From a virus (Duplodnaviria; Caudoviricetes): a stretch of DNA of 32,098 nt. The stretch covers positions 1 through 32,098 of IMG/VR virus record IMGVR_UViG_3300006025_000027. One strand, 5' to 3'. Under the pieces are notes generated by a model. It saw nothing but the letters and a program-made list of their open reading frames with translations. It was not told where the DNA came from and made no database searches. Made by a program: the position numbers and the translations under genes. Every line of letters begins with the position of its first letter. The first letter of the stretch is position 1. Of this stretch, positions 24,797-32,098 are shown one piece after another.

Positions 24797-25324
24797 TTAA
24801 TAGCAGTTGTGGCCTGGATAATACCAATGCTTCTTACCGCTACCGTTTTGCCAAGCAGTATAAAAAGCACGATCTTGGTAATACCTTGACCACTTGTGAA
24901 TTGGTTTATCAAACAAAGTCTTTATTTCAGCAGACAAACCATCTTTTGTTTTCTTGGATTCCTTTAACATCATCCAAACAAGCCCATCTCTCCATTGAGA
25001 GTCCAAGAATTGATAGGCTCCTCTTGCCGAGGATGACTTATTGGCAGCCCGATAAGAAAAACGGGATTCACGCTTCATAATACATTTACGAGAATTTTCC
25101 CATTTAGAATCGAACCATTTACCGCGATACAAAGATGGCTCGTAGCCCTTCATATCGTCAGCATCAGCGGAGCGAGCAGACTTATGCTCCTGGCTGATGT
25201 ATACGACCTTTCCCGTCGCAGTTGGTGCAGACTTAGCATACACCGTGTCAGAGGCAATGACGGGGGAAGCAATGGTAATTGTTAGCACCATCCCCAGCAT
25301 ACCTCCTAGCAGTTTCGTTTTCAT
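24797..25324 (-). CDS. secreted lysozyme-fold lytic transglycosylase (SLT/Rpf/SceD-like)
   Basis: Signal peptide; CIMKRES (catalytic Glu), N.SSSA.GAYQFL...W, Q..AF, G..HW; aaggagg SD. Confidence 0.8.
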   Translation of the reverse strand: MKTKLLGGMLGMVLTITIASPVIASDTVYAKSAPTATGKVVYISQEHKSARSADADDMKGYEPSLYRGKWFDSKWENSRKCIMKRESRFSYRAANKSSSARGAYQFLDSQWRDGLVWMMLKESKKTKDGLSAEIKTLFDKPIHKWSRYYQDRAFYTAWQNGSGKKHWYYPGHNCY

Positions 25325-25355
25325 CTGTTTCCTCCTTGCGGCGGCAACAATATCT

Positions 25356-25384
25356 AGCATAACATAGTTGTCTCAATTATGCAA
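25356..25384 (-). promoter_or_regulatory. promoter TTGCAT-N17-TATGCT with extended TG
   Basis: Direct match. Confidence 0.6.
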
Positions 25385-25394
25385 TATTTAAATT

Positions 25395-25730
25395 CTAAAA
25401 TTGTCTATTATGTTTCCTGTGAAATGTACGATTTCTGTGACAATTAGCACAAACTATCTCACATTTATCTATTTCTTTAAATATGTCTTCTAGTGGATGC
25501 TTGTCTAGCATTCTAGATATGCTACTTACTTTTGTTCCTCTTACATGATCAAAGTCAAGCAGGTAATATGGGAACTTTCCACCACAGTCCACGCAGCCAC
25601 TTTTTTCTTTTATGTTTGCCAACATTTGCGCTATTTCTTTTTTGCGCTTGGGGGACCTTCTCTTTGGCCTTTCTTTGGAAAACAAAGACTGCTGAACGTA
25701 TTTATTTTTTGCTAGGTTTTCCCCTGGCAT
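25395..25730 (-). CDS. HNH endonuclease (leaderless)
   Basis: CVDCG...LDFDH...EI.KC..VCANCH..RT; TATAAT 25737-25742, 6 nt before ATG. Confidence 0.85.
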   Translation of the reverse strand: MPGENLAKNKYVQQSLFSKERPKRRSPKRKKEIAQMLANIKEKSGCVDCGGKFPYYLLDFDHVRGTKVSSISRMLDKHPLEDIFKEIDKCEIVCANCHRNRTFHRKHNRQF

Positions 25731-25737
25731 AACATTA

Positions 25738-26031
25738 TTATACCTGAGTCTTTTTGCGCTTCCTTCGCTTTTTGGGGAGAACCTTAATTCTATCTGTCCT
25801 AAAGGAACGGTGACCACAGTTTTGACCACGCTCTAGTTCATAGCAGTCAATCCAGTCTGTTCCCGTGTCTGTGCGACGCACATATTCCTTAAACTTAAAC
25901 TTAGTTCCCCAGACACCTTTGATTTTTATAATTTCCCCAGGCTCTAGCGTTCTGCCTTCGGGGGTAGTGAATGTAGGTTCACGATGGTAAAGATGTGCTA
26001 GCGGTGGAACTACTTTCTTCCTGCGACCCAT
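25738..26031 (-). CDS. basic hypothetical protein
   Basis: ORF track; ggag SD. Confidence 0.7.
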   Translation of the reverse strand: MGRRKKVVPPLAHLYHREPTFTTPEGRTLEPGEIIKIKGVWGTKFKFKEYVRRTDTGTDWIDCYELERGQNCGHRSFRTDRIKVLPKKRRKRKKTQV

Positions 26032-26242
26032 GATGGTTCTCCAACCTTTTGATCTCGTCGGTAATATAAAAGATCGCCTTCTTAAGATCCTCTATATGCT
26101 TGTCTTCATTCTTTAGTCCTGCACGCCATAGATATTTAATGGCGTTACCTATATTATAGTTCCTATGACGAACAATGTCAATACATTCAACCCCACTAGG
26201 ATCGCTTGTATAGTGGGATGGATGATTTACCATGTCAGACAT
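25979..26242 (-). CDS. DUF3310 / T7 gp1.7-like nucleotide kinase family protein
   Basis: VNHPSHY...ECID...GNAIKYLWRAG.K...EDLKKA. Confidence 0.85.
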   Translation of the reverse strand: MSDMVNHPSHYTSDPSGVECIDIVRHRNYNIGNAIKYLWRAGLKNEDKHIEDLKKAIFYITDEIKRLENHHGSQEESSSTASTSLPS

Positions 26243-26250
26243 TTACTCTC

Positions 26251-26400
26251 CTATTTCTTTAAACCAAACTTCTTAAGTTGGCGGTAGATTAATTGTACGC
26301 TAACTCCACACTCTTCCGCAATAGCCTCTGGAGTTTTTTTATCACGGATATATCTTTTTTCCATATATGCTTTAGAAAGATGCAATCCTTTACTTCTCAT
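26251..26400 (-). CDS. 49-aa helix-turn-helix DNA-binding protein
   Basis: Hand-translated ...KTPEAIAEECGVSVQLIYRQLKKFGL. Confidence 0.75.
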   Translation of the reverse strand: MRSKGLHLSKAYMEKRYIRDKKTPEAIAEECGVSVQLIYRQLKKFGLKK

Positions 26401-26992
26401 CTTTAACCACTTTCATCCAGTTTTTTAACGCATACATTCCTATACCACATGCGTCTGCTATATCATTATCGTCTACATTTATATCAAATTCATTATTAAC
26501 TGTGAATATAGTTTTTTGCTTACGTTTTTCTCTTTCCTGTGCTTTATACCAGGAATTTGATCTTCCTGGTGTTTTCCTTCTAATAAGAGATTTTTCATCA
26601 GTTGTCAACAGCCTAGTTCCAATAAATGACTGCCATGCTATTGGGGTGACCCCGTACACACTCTTGACTCCCCCCAACTTTGCTGCACCTATCAGTGCTC
26701 CCTGACTCAATGCTAGATTTGCTGCTACCTGTGGGCTGTTAGCAAAAATAGTTTTTTCAATTAAAATAACATCAACTGGGTATGCATTAAAAAATGAACT
26801 TACCTTATGTGCGGTATCTCCTATTTTTTCATATATAGTGTTTCCAGAAAATACTATTTTCCCGCAACTATTTAATTTGTGATCAACAAAGTGGGCAAAC
26901 GCCATGCTTTGTGTGCTTGCATCGATTGCACAAAAGTTTTTAGGAGATTGTATCTTTGCTACCTCCGATAGCCTAGTCTTTGTCATTTTCAA
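26390..26992 (-). CDS. RuvC-like Holliday junction resolvase
   Basis: AIDAST, ILIE, QGA, P..W, DNDIADA.GI. Confidence 0.8.
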   Translation of the reverse strand: MKMTKTRLSEVAKIQSPKNFCAIDASTQSMAFAHFVDHKLNSCGKIVFSGNTIYEKIGDTAHKVSSFFNAYPVDVILIEKTIFANSPQVAANLALSQGALIGAAKLGGVKSVYGVTPIAWQSFIGTRLLTTDEKSLIRRKTPGRSNSWYKAQEREKRKQKTIFTVNNEFDINVDDNDIADACGIGMYALKNWMKVVKDEK

Positions 26993-27263
26993 AAAATCCT
27001 TTTATTTCTTTAAAAGTTTTATGTACCTTTTTTTTATTTATCATGCATATTTGACAGAATCCATTTTTGTTGTATATGCTAATTACTGTGCCGCAGCCTC
27101 CACTACAAACTTTTTTATTTTTTGATTTGTTTTTTATTTTATTAATTTGATATCTGTCATATATTTTTTGTTTTGTTGAATTTTGACGACAACTTGGGGA
27201 ACAATAAATTTGATAACTTACTGAAGGATTAAATTCGTTTGCACACCAAGAACAAGTTTTCAT
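26973..27263 (-). CDS. two-zinc-finger hypothetical protein
   Basis: C.WC...YCS..C and C.GGCG...C..C. Confidence 0.7.
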   Translation of the reverse strand: MKTCSWCANEFNPSVSYQIYCSPSCRQNSTKQKIYDRYQINKIKNKSKNKKVCSGGCGTVISIYNKNGFCQICMINKKKVHKTFKEIKGFFENDKD

Positions 27264-28030
27264 GTCTCAAGGTACTCCAAGGGTTCTATTTTCAATTCTC
27301 CCTTATCAGCGGAAGCGCACGCCTTTTGAATTGGACATGTCTTGCACACCTTTGAGTTTGCACGATAGGTCTTCTTTGGAATTTTCTTATCCTCCCAAGC
27401 CTTGCGTACCGTTCTCATCCAATCAAAAGCATACTCTACCCATGCAAGTTTCTCTTCATCTGCCTCTACAGTAATAGCATGTAGTTCGTGTGAATTCTTA
27501 TTCTCATAAAGAAGAACCCCTAACCTTCTTCCCAATATCTTCATATAAATAAGCAACTGCATGAGATGATAGTTTGGTGGCTTGGCGTGCTTGCGATATG
27601 AATAAGACTCTTCTCTCATTGTCTTAATCTCAAGAATGGGCTGTGTCTCTCCCCATTGTAGAATACCGTCAGCAAAGCCAAAAATAGGAGGATCGGAGAT
27701 CATGACCTTCTTCTCTTCCTCAACCATAATTCCAGCGTCTGTAATAGCCCTCTGGATGCGTGCGTGGGCATCGATACCACTCTGCATATTTGCTGATGCG
27801 TAAGCGTCTGCATCATCTTCAAACTCTGCACCCTCAAATGCTAGATACCAGTATCGTGGGCACGCACCATTTCCATAAACGATTGTTGATGGACTAAATG
27901 ATTTCTTAGTCTTAAACTCAGGCACACGATTTACTGTATATCCTTCTTCAATCTTACTAATAAGTTCCCTGGTGTCAATAGGACCAGATGGTTGCTTGTC
28001 CATTACTTGCTTCAAAAAATTCTTAGCCAT
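27260..28030 (-). CDS. Cas4-like PD-(D/E)xK exonuclease with 4-Cys Fe-S motif
   Basis: CPRY, G.ADG, EIKT, Q...Y, C..CP....C. Confidence 0.85.
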   Translation of the reverse strand: MAKNFLKQVMDKQPSGPIDTRELISKIEEGYTVNRVPEFKTKKSFSPSTIVYGNGACPRYWYLAFEGAEFEDDADAYASANMQSGIDAHARIQRAITDAGIMVEEEKKVMISDPPIFGFADGILQWGETQPILEIKTMREESYSYRKHAKPPNYHLMQLLIYMKILGRRLGVLLYENKNSHELHAITVEADEEKLAWVEYAFDWMRTVRKAWEDKKIPKKTYRANSKVCKTCPIQKACASADKGELKIEPLEYLET

Positions 28031-28346
28031 AGTAACTCCCTAATTTAGCACTATACTTCAGGCTGTCTACCAACCTTTGTACCGCCTCATTAGCGGAGTA
28101 GTATAGGTTTTTCTTTGCTCTGTCATCTTTCTTTACATTTGTATAGTATGACGCTAACATCTTAAACTTGGCTGCATAAGCCTCCAGTTGCACAATAAGA
28201 CCTACCGCCTTTTGCGGAGGAACATCTGGGTTCATCATTAACTTAACAATGACTCCAAGTGCGTCAGTAAGTTGATCGTCATTCATTAGTTCTGAGATCT
28301 CAGTAAATTCTGCTACCTCATTGACGAGTTCAATCGTCGTTGTCAT
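28023..28346 (-). CDS. helical hypothetical protein
   Basis: ORF track; within recombination operon. Confidence 0.7.
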   Translation of the reverse strand: MTTTIELVNEVAEFTEISELMNDDQLTDALGVIVKLMMNPDVPPQKAVGLIVQLEAYAAKFKMLASYYTNVKKDDRAKKNLYYSANEAVQRLVDSLKYSAKLGSYYG

Positions 28347-28629
28347 TTTCTATTAGCCTTTCTAGTTCAGACAATTCTATCACGGCTAGCCTAGTTTTGC
28401 GACTTCCCTCTCCCAATACAAGTATAAGTGCAGGAGATTTTTGTTTGTCTACCTTCATTTGATCTGTTACCACTTTAGCCCAAACATCTTGAGATATAGA
28501 AAAGGACTTAGAGTATTCTTTTATATCGACAACATAATTATTCCAGGTTGCGTCACCCTTCTTCTGGTTCCTCCCTGAGTTTTTATGAAGCCTTGCCCCC
28601 ATTCTTTTTGCCTCTCCTCGCTCACTCAT
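28330..28629 (-). CDS. PD-(D/E)xK nuclease, Hjc-like resolvase candidate
   Basis: E..EAKR...NSGR...KGD...VDIKE..KSF; start MSERG. Confidence 0.7.
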   Translation of the reverse strand: MSERGEAKRMGARLHKNSGRNQKKGDATWNNYVVDIKEYSKSFSISQDVWAKVVTDQMKVDKQKSPALILVLGEGSRKTRLAVIELSELERLIENDNDD

Positions 28630-28784
28630 TAGTAGCCCCGAACATAAAGATTGACTTTGGATAGATGTTTTTCTTGACACATCCATGTTAGGTCGTATGA
28701 TTTTATATAAAACCTTGCCTGTAATACTTCTTTCTTACACTCTTGACATACAAATGTTCCTGAATATATAGAAAACTTAGGCAT
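28629..28784 (-). CDS. small zinc-binding protein
   Basis: CQEC...WMC...H; start MPKFS. Confidence 0.65.
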   Translation of the reverse strand: MPKFSIYSGTFVCQECKKEVLQARFYIKSYDLTWMCQEKHLSKVNLYVRGY

Positions 28785-29793
28785 TAGTAACCTTGTCGAT
28801 AAGAGACTCTTGAATATCAAGATCTTCTTTTACTCCAAGAATCAACTTGTCCCTGCCTTGGAATCTTTCTCCATTGACTGTATACCATGCTCCTGCTCGT
28901 TCAATGAATCCAAGAATTTCTGCTGTATCAACCAAATCAGCGATACTGTCAATCCCAATATCGTTTCCCCTGAAATAGAAATCATATTCCCCACTTTGGA
29001 ACGCAGGGCTTGTCTTGCTGAACTGAACATCCCATCTAACCTTTCTTCCTACTTTTTCTTCAATAATCTTATCTCCCACATGAATCTTTCCTTTGATTGC
29101 CTGGTTGTCTGATTCAGAGGAGAACAACTTAACAATGGTTGAAGAATAGAACTTTGTAGCCATGCCCCCTGTTGGTTGCTGGCTTGTATACATAGCAGTA
29201 ATGTTATTGCGAGCCTGACTGATAAGCACCAAAAGCGTTGGCTTTGTTTGATTGTTTGCATAGTTAAGCATCTTTACGGCATTGGTCATATCCTTTGCCT
29301 CCGCACCAATCTGCTTGGTGTTTTCTAGTTGCTTTAACTCATTGCTATCCTTCTCAAAGTAGACTGCTGGAAGAAGGGCAGAGATACTATCCACAACAAT
29401 GATATCTGCTCCTGCTTGCATAAGATCCGTACCAACATCCACCATATCGTTTATAGTGCGAGCCGTAGAGTAGATTAGGTTGTCTGGATCTACCCCCAGA
29501 GTTCTCGCCCAATCTTCTGAATAAGACATTTCTGCATCTATCCATGCACAAACCTTTCCTTCCTTTTGGGCCATACCAATCATTTGCAGGCACAAAGATG
29601 ACTTAGCAGAGGACTTTGATCCCCATATAAGAATCTGACGACCATACGGCAATCCACCCCCCAATGCCCTGTTAAGACCATATGAGGGAGTTGGCTGCTT
29701 CTCAATCACAATGCCAGTTCCAGTAGTTATACTCTTACGCAACTTTGGATTTAGTTGTGACAAAACTTCTTCTGCACTCATAACATCAGACAT
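28777..29793 (-). CDS. recA: RecA-family recombinase
   Basis: LGGGLPYGR, GSKSSAKS P-loop, WIDAE, VVDSI, ISQ.R, TGG...F. Confidence 0.93.
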   Translation of the reverse strand: MSDVMSAEEVLSQLNPKLRKSITTGTGIVIEKQPTPSYGLNRALGGGLPYGRQILIWGSKSSAKSSLCLQMIGMAQKEGKVCAWIDAEMSYSEDWARTLGVDPDNLIYSTARTINDMVDVGTDLMQAGADIIVVDSISALLPAVYFEKDSNELKQLENTKQIGAEAKDMTNAVKMLNYANNQTKPTLLVLISQARNNITAMYTSQQPTGGMATKFYSSTIVKLFSSESDNQAIKGKIHVGDKIIEEKVGRKVRWDVQFSKTSPAFQSGEYDFYFRGNDIGIDSIADLVDTAEILGFIERAGAWYTVNGERFQGRDKLILGVKEDLDIQESLIDKVTNA

Positions 29794-30134
29794 TAAGCAA
29801 GCACTCCATGCATCTTAGGACGAGAAACATTCTTCTCCATCTTTTCATTGATGGCCTTTGCTAATGAGTGATTGGTATATTGATCTGTACTCATACCAGC
29901 CCATAGGTCAAGGACACGAATAATAATGTCTGCTAGTTCTTCAACTACAACATCATCTCCCATCTCCTTGCGAATAGCCTCAAGAGTTTCGCTTACCTCG
30001 CTATGAACCATAGCCAACTGCTTCAGATAAAAGATAACCCTGTTGTCTTCTGTGTCTGCGTCCCAGAAGCCCTTTCTCCGTGCATTAGCGTTAAGAGTAA
30101 ACGCTAAATCATCCATATCTCGTAAATACTTCAT
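29793..30134 (-). CDS. MazG-like NTP pyrophosphohydrolase
   Basis: HSEVSE.LE..RK, EELADIIIR..D, KM..N..R. Confidence 0.85.
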   Translation of the reverse strand: MKYLRDMDDLAFTLNANARRKGFWDADTEDNRVIFYLKQLAMVHSEVSETLEAIRKEMGDDVVVEELADIIIRVLDLWAGMSTDQYTNHSLAKAINEKMEKNVSRPKMHGVLA

Positions 30135-32098
30135 GCTTGAACTACCTCCTTTAATGTTAGCCCTCCTTCTTTTGTCTTGCCAAATTCCATCTCAAAAGCC
30201 TTGCCCTCATCTAGTCTTGTGTATGCAATAGCAAAGGCTGTAGGAAATACAACTACTGAATACAGTTCTCTGTTGTGGTCTGCCACGACAAGGCTTGCCA
30301 TCCTCTTACCTGATTTCGTTACGCGAGGCTTAAAGGATAGCACATAATGCTCTTTTTCGCTATATGGCAACTGCCTATAGTTAAGAAACTTTAGTAGTGT
30401 GGACTCACTACCCTGTATATTTTCGACAGGAATCGCTTCCATGACTCTGTTAGATCCAACAAGAATAATATAAGTCTTGCCAGCCTCAATCTTAGTGTCT
30501 TCATCATCAAATACTCCAATAGATCCTGTGTTGTCTAGTATTTCTACTCTTGACCAACCTTTACCTCGCTTGATTCCTCTGACTACGCCCATCAGGATAA
30601 ATACTCCATCCTCATCAAACTCATCAACGGAATTAAGGTGTGCGCGATAGTGTTGTGGAACCTCATTACTAAACTCTGGAAGATTTAGATATTCATAAAG
30701 ATTCTCCCTGACCTTCTCATCGTCCCTTGGATTGTCTGAGAACGTCAATGCTCCAACGGCATTGAGAGCGTTTAGTGCTCTAGAGTTTACTCCATTTCCC
30801 TTGGTAAATGTATACTCTTCAACTTCCTTGTAAGAGTTAAATGGCCTTCCTTCAATATATCTTGAAGCGATCTTATCAGAAATGAACTTAATTGCTGCCA
30901 ACCCAAAACGAATACCTTTCCCTTCAATCTTAAAATCAATATCAGAATCATTAATGTGTGGTAGACGCAACGGAATACCAATGCGCTTTGCCTCAATCAA
31001 ATACTCTGTGCGAGCATCCTTGTCCTTCTCATTCTTAAGAAGGGCAAACATAAACTCTAGTGGATAATAATACTTTAGCCATGCCGTCCAGTACGAGAGC
31101 GTTGAGTAAGCGACAGCATGAGACTTATTAAAGGAGTATCCTGCGTGGGCTTCAAAATCGTGCCACATCTTTTCAGCAGCGGCCCCACCAAGTGGCCCAG
31201 TTGCGTTCCGAATAAATAACTCCTTGAATTCGTCAAACTCTTTCGCATCCTTCTTCTTGCCAATAATCTTACGGACCTTGTTTGCTTCGCCCATAGTCAT
31301 ACCACCAAGTTTGGTACAGGCAAGCATAACTTGCTCCTGATATAAAATTGTACCGTATGTATCTGAGGTAAACTCTTGCATTATTGGATGAGGATATACA
31401 ACCATCTCCTTGCCACGCTTGCGAGCAATATAATCCTTGCCAATGGTGTTCATAGCACCAGGACGGACTAGTGCATTAGATGCAACCAATTCATCAAACT
31501 TGCTTACGCCCATCTTGACTAGGAGGTTCGTGTATGGTGTTGCTTCACACTGGAATACCCCCTTGGTAAATCCATCAGAAAGCATTGCATAGATGTTCTT
31601 ATCTTCCACATCAATGGACCCTAGATCAACCTTCTTTCCTGTACGCTCTTCAATGATTGATATAGCATCATTGATTACCGTCAGGGTCTTAAGACCCAGT
31701 GCATCGATCTTAATTAGCCCAATGTCTGCCGCCTCTTCCATATCTACGGCTACTACAGGTATTCTCCCAGTAGATCCAGTAACAGAGCGTGTCTCCATGG
31801 GAGCAACCTTGGAAATGGGTGTCTTGGACGTTACAACGCCTGCTGCGTGTACTCCTGTACCACGGATACGACCACGCATCTTATCGCCATACTTTTCTAC
31901 CTCAGGGTACTTCTCCCTAAACCAAGCAGTGTTCTTTGAGGTTAGATACTCTTCCCATGTGTCTACCGTCTTGAGAGCACGATTTACGTCTGCAAGGGGT
32001 ATGTTGAGTGCGCGACTAACATCTCGTACAACACCCTTATCTTTGAACTGAAGGAAGGTGGCAATGCTGGCAACGTAGCGATATTGCTTTTCTAGATA
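30131..32098 (-). CDS. dnaE: DNA polymerase III alpha subunit (5' part outside window)
   Basis: Frame open to window edge; HAAG, KIDALGL, GVFQ.E, RPG, YQEQ, YSFNKSH, OB-like C-terminus. Confidence 0.96.
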   Translation of the reverse strand, partial: YLEKQYRYVASIATFLQFKDKGVVRDVSRALNIPLADVNRALKTVDTWEEYLTSKNTAWFREKYPEVEKYGDKMRGRIRGTGVHAAGVVTSKTPISKVAPMETRSVTGSTGRIPVVAVDMEEAADIGLIKIDALGLKTLTVINDAISIIEERTGKKVDLGSIDVEDKNIYAMLSDGFTKGVFQCEATPYTNLLVKMGVSKFDELVASNALVRPGAMNTIGKDYIARKRGKEMVVYPHPIMQEFTSDTYGTILYQEQVMLACTKLGGMTMGEANKVRKIIGKKKDAKEFDEFKELFIRNATGPLGGAAAEKMWHDFEAHAGYSFNKSHAVAYSTLSYWTAWLKYYYPLEFMFALLKNEKDKDARTEYLIEAKRIGIPLRLPHINDSDIDFKIEGKGIRFGLAAIKFISDKIASRYIEGRPFNSYKEVEEYTFTKGNGVNSRALNALNAVGALTFSDNPRDDEKVRENLYEYLNLPEFSNEVPQHYRAHLNSVDEFDEDGVFILMGVVRGIKRGKGWSRVEILDNTGSIGVFDDEDTKIEAGKTYIILVGSNRVMEAIPVENIQGSESTLLKFLNYRQLPYSEKEHYVLSFKPRVTKSGKRMASLVVADHNRELYSVVVFPTAFAIAYTRLDEGKAFEMEFGKTKEGGLTLKEVVQA

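Noticed and set aside
25325-25394. c-di-AMP riboswitch ahead of the Rpf-like gene
   Set aside because: Predicted leader is only ~25 nt, too short
27260-28030. Cas4-like gene as a sign of CRISPR-Cas
   Set aside because: No array or other cas genes; solo Cas4-like nucleases are common in phage recombination modules
2053-32051. Numerous + strand ORFs antisense to minus-strand genes
   Set aside because: Shadow frames with no motifs, SDs or promoters noted
30131-32098. Truncated, split or intein-containing DnaE
   Set aside because: Frame is open to the window edge and no intein motifs are visible
1-32098. Stop-codon recoding, DGR, retron or prophage integration
   Set aside because: Genes are intact in the standard code using all three stops; no reverse transcriptase, suppressor tRNA, integrase or host flank seen

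Overview
This is a densely packed segment of a large tailed dsDNA phage genome. An actinobacterial host is inferred from WhiB, an FmdB-type zinc ribbon, an actinophage-type endolysin and many leaderless promoters. Genes up to ~1532 are on + and every gene from 1736 onward is on -. The right third holds replication, recombination and packaging genes: DnaE (cut by the window edge), MazG-like, RecA, two resolvase-like nucleases, a Cas4-like exonuclease, HNH, TerS/TerL and endolysin. The left two thirds are accessory. They include three glycosyltransferases (GT60-, GT25- and GT4-like), two SAM methyltransferases, a sulfotransferase, three proteases of different classes, an IMPDH/GMP-reductase-family enzyme, a UV glycosylase, a deaminase, many small ORFs and six tRNAs. 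The best leads are (1) a possible mucin-type O-glycosylation/sulfation/methylation system with a (PT)22 acceptor, (2) a tRNA with UAU anticodon on an atypical body, (3) a shared C-terminal K-x-x-W-x-G-F-like tag on two putative head-associated proteins, (4) a 55-bp tandem repeat with an ATTACGAA-N6-CAAAAT motif near the strand switch, and (5) systematic leaderless promoters. All product calls come from motif recognition by eye; no searches were run.
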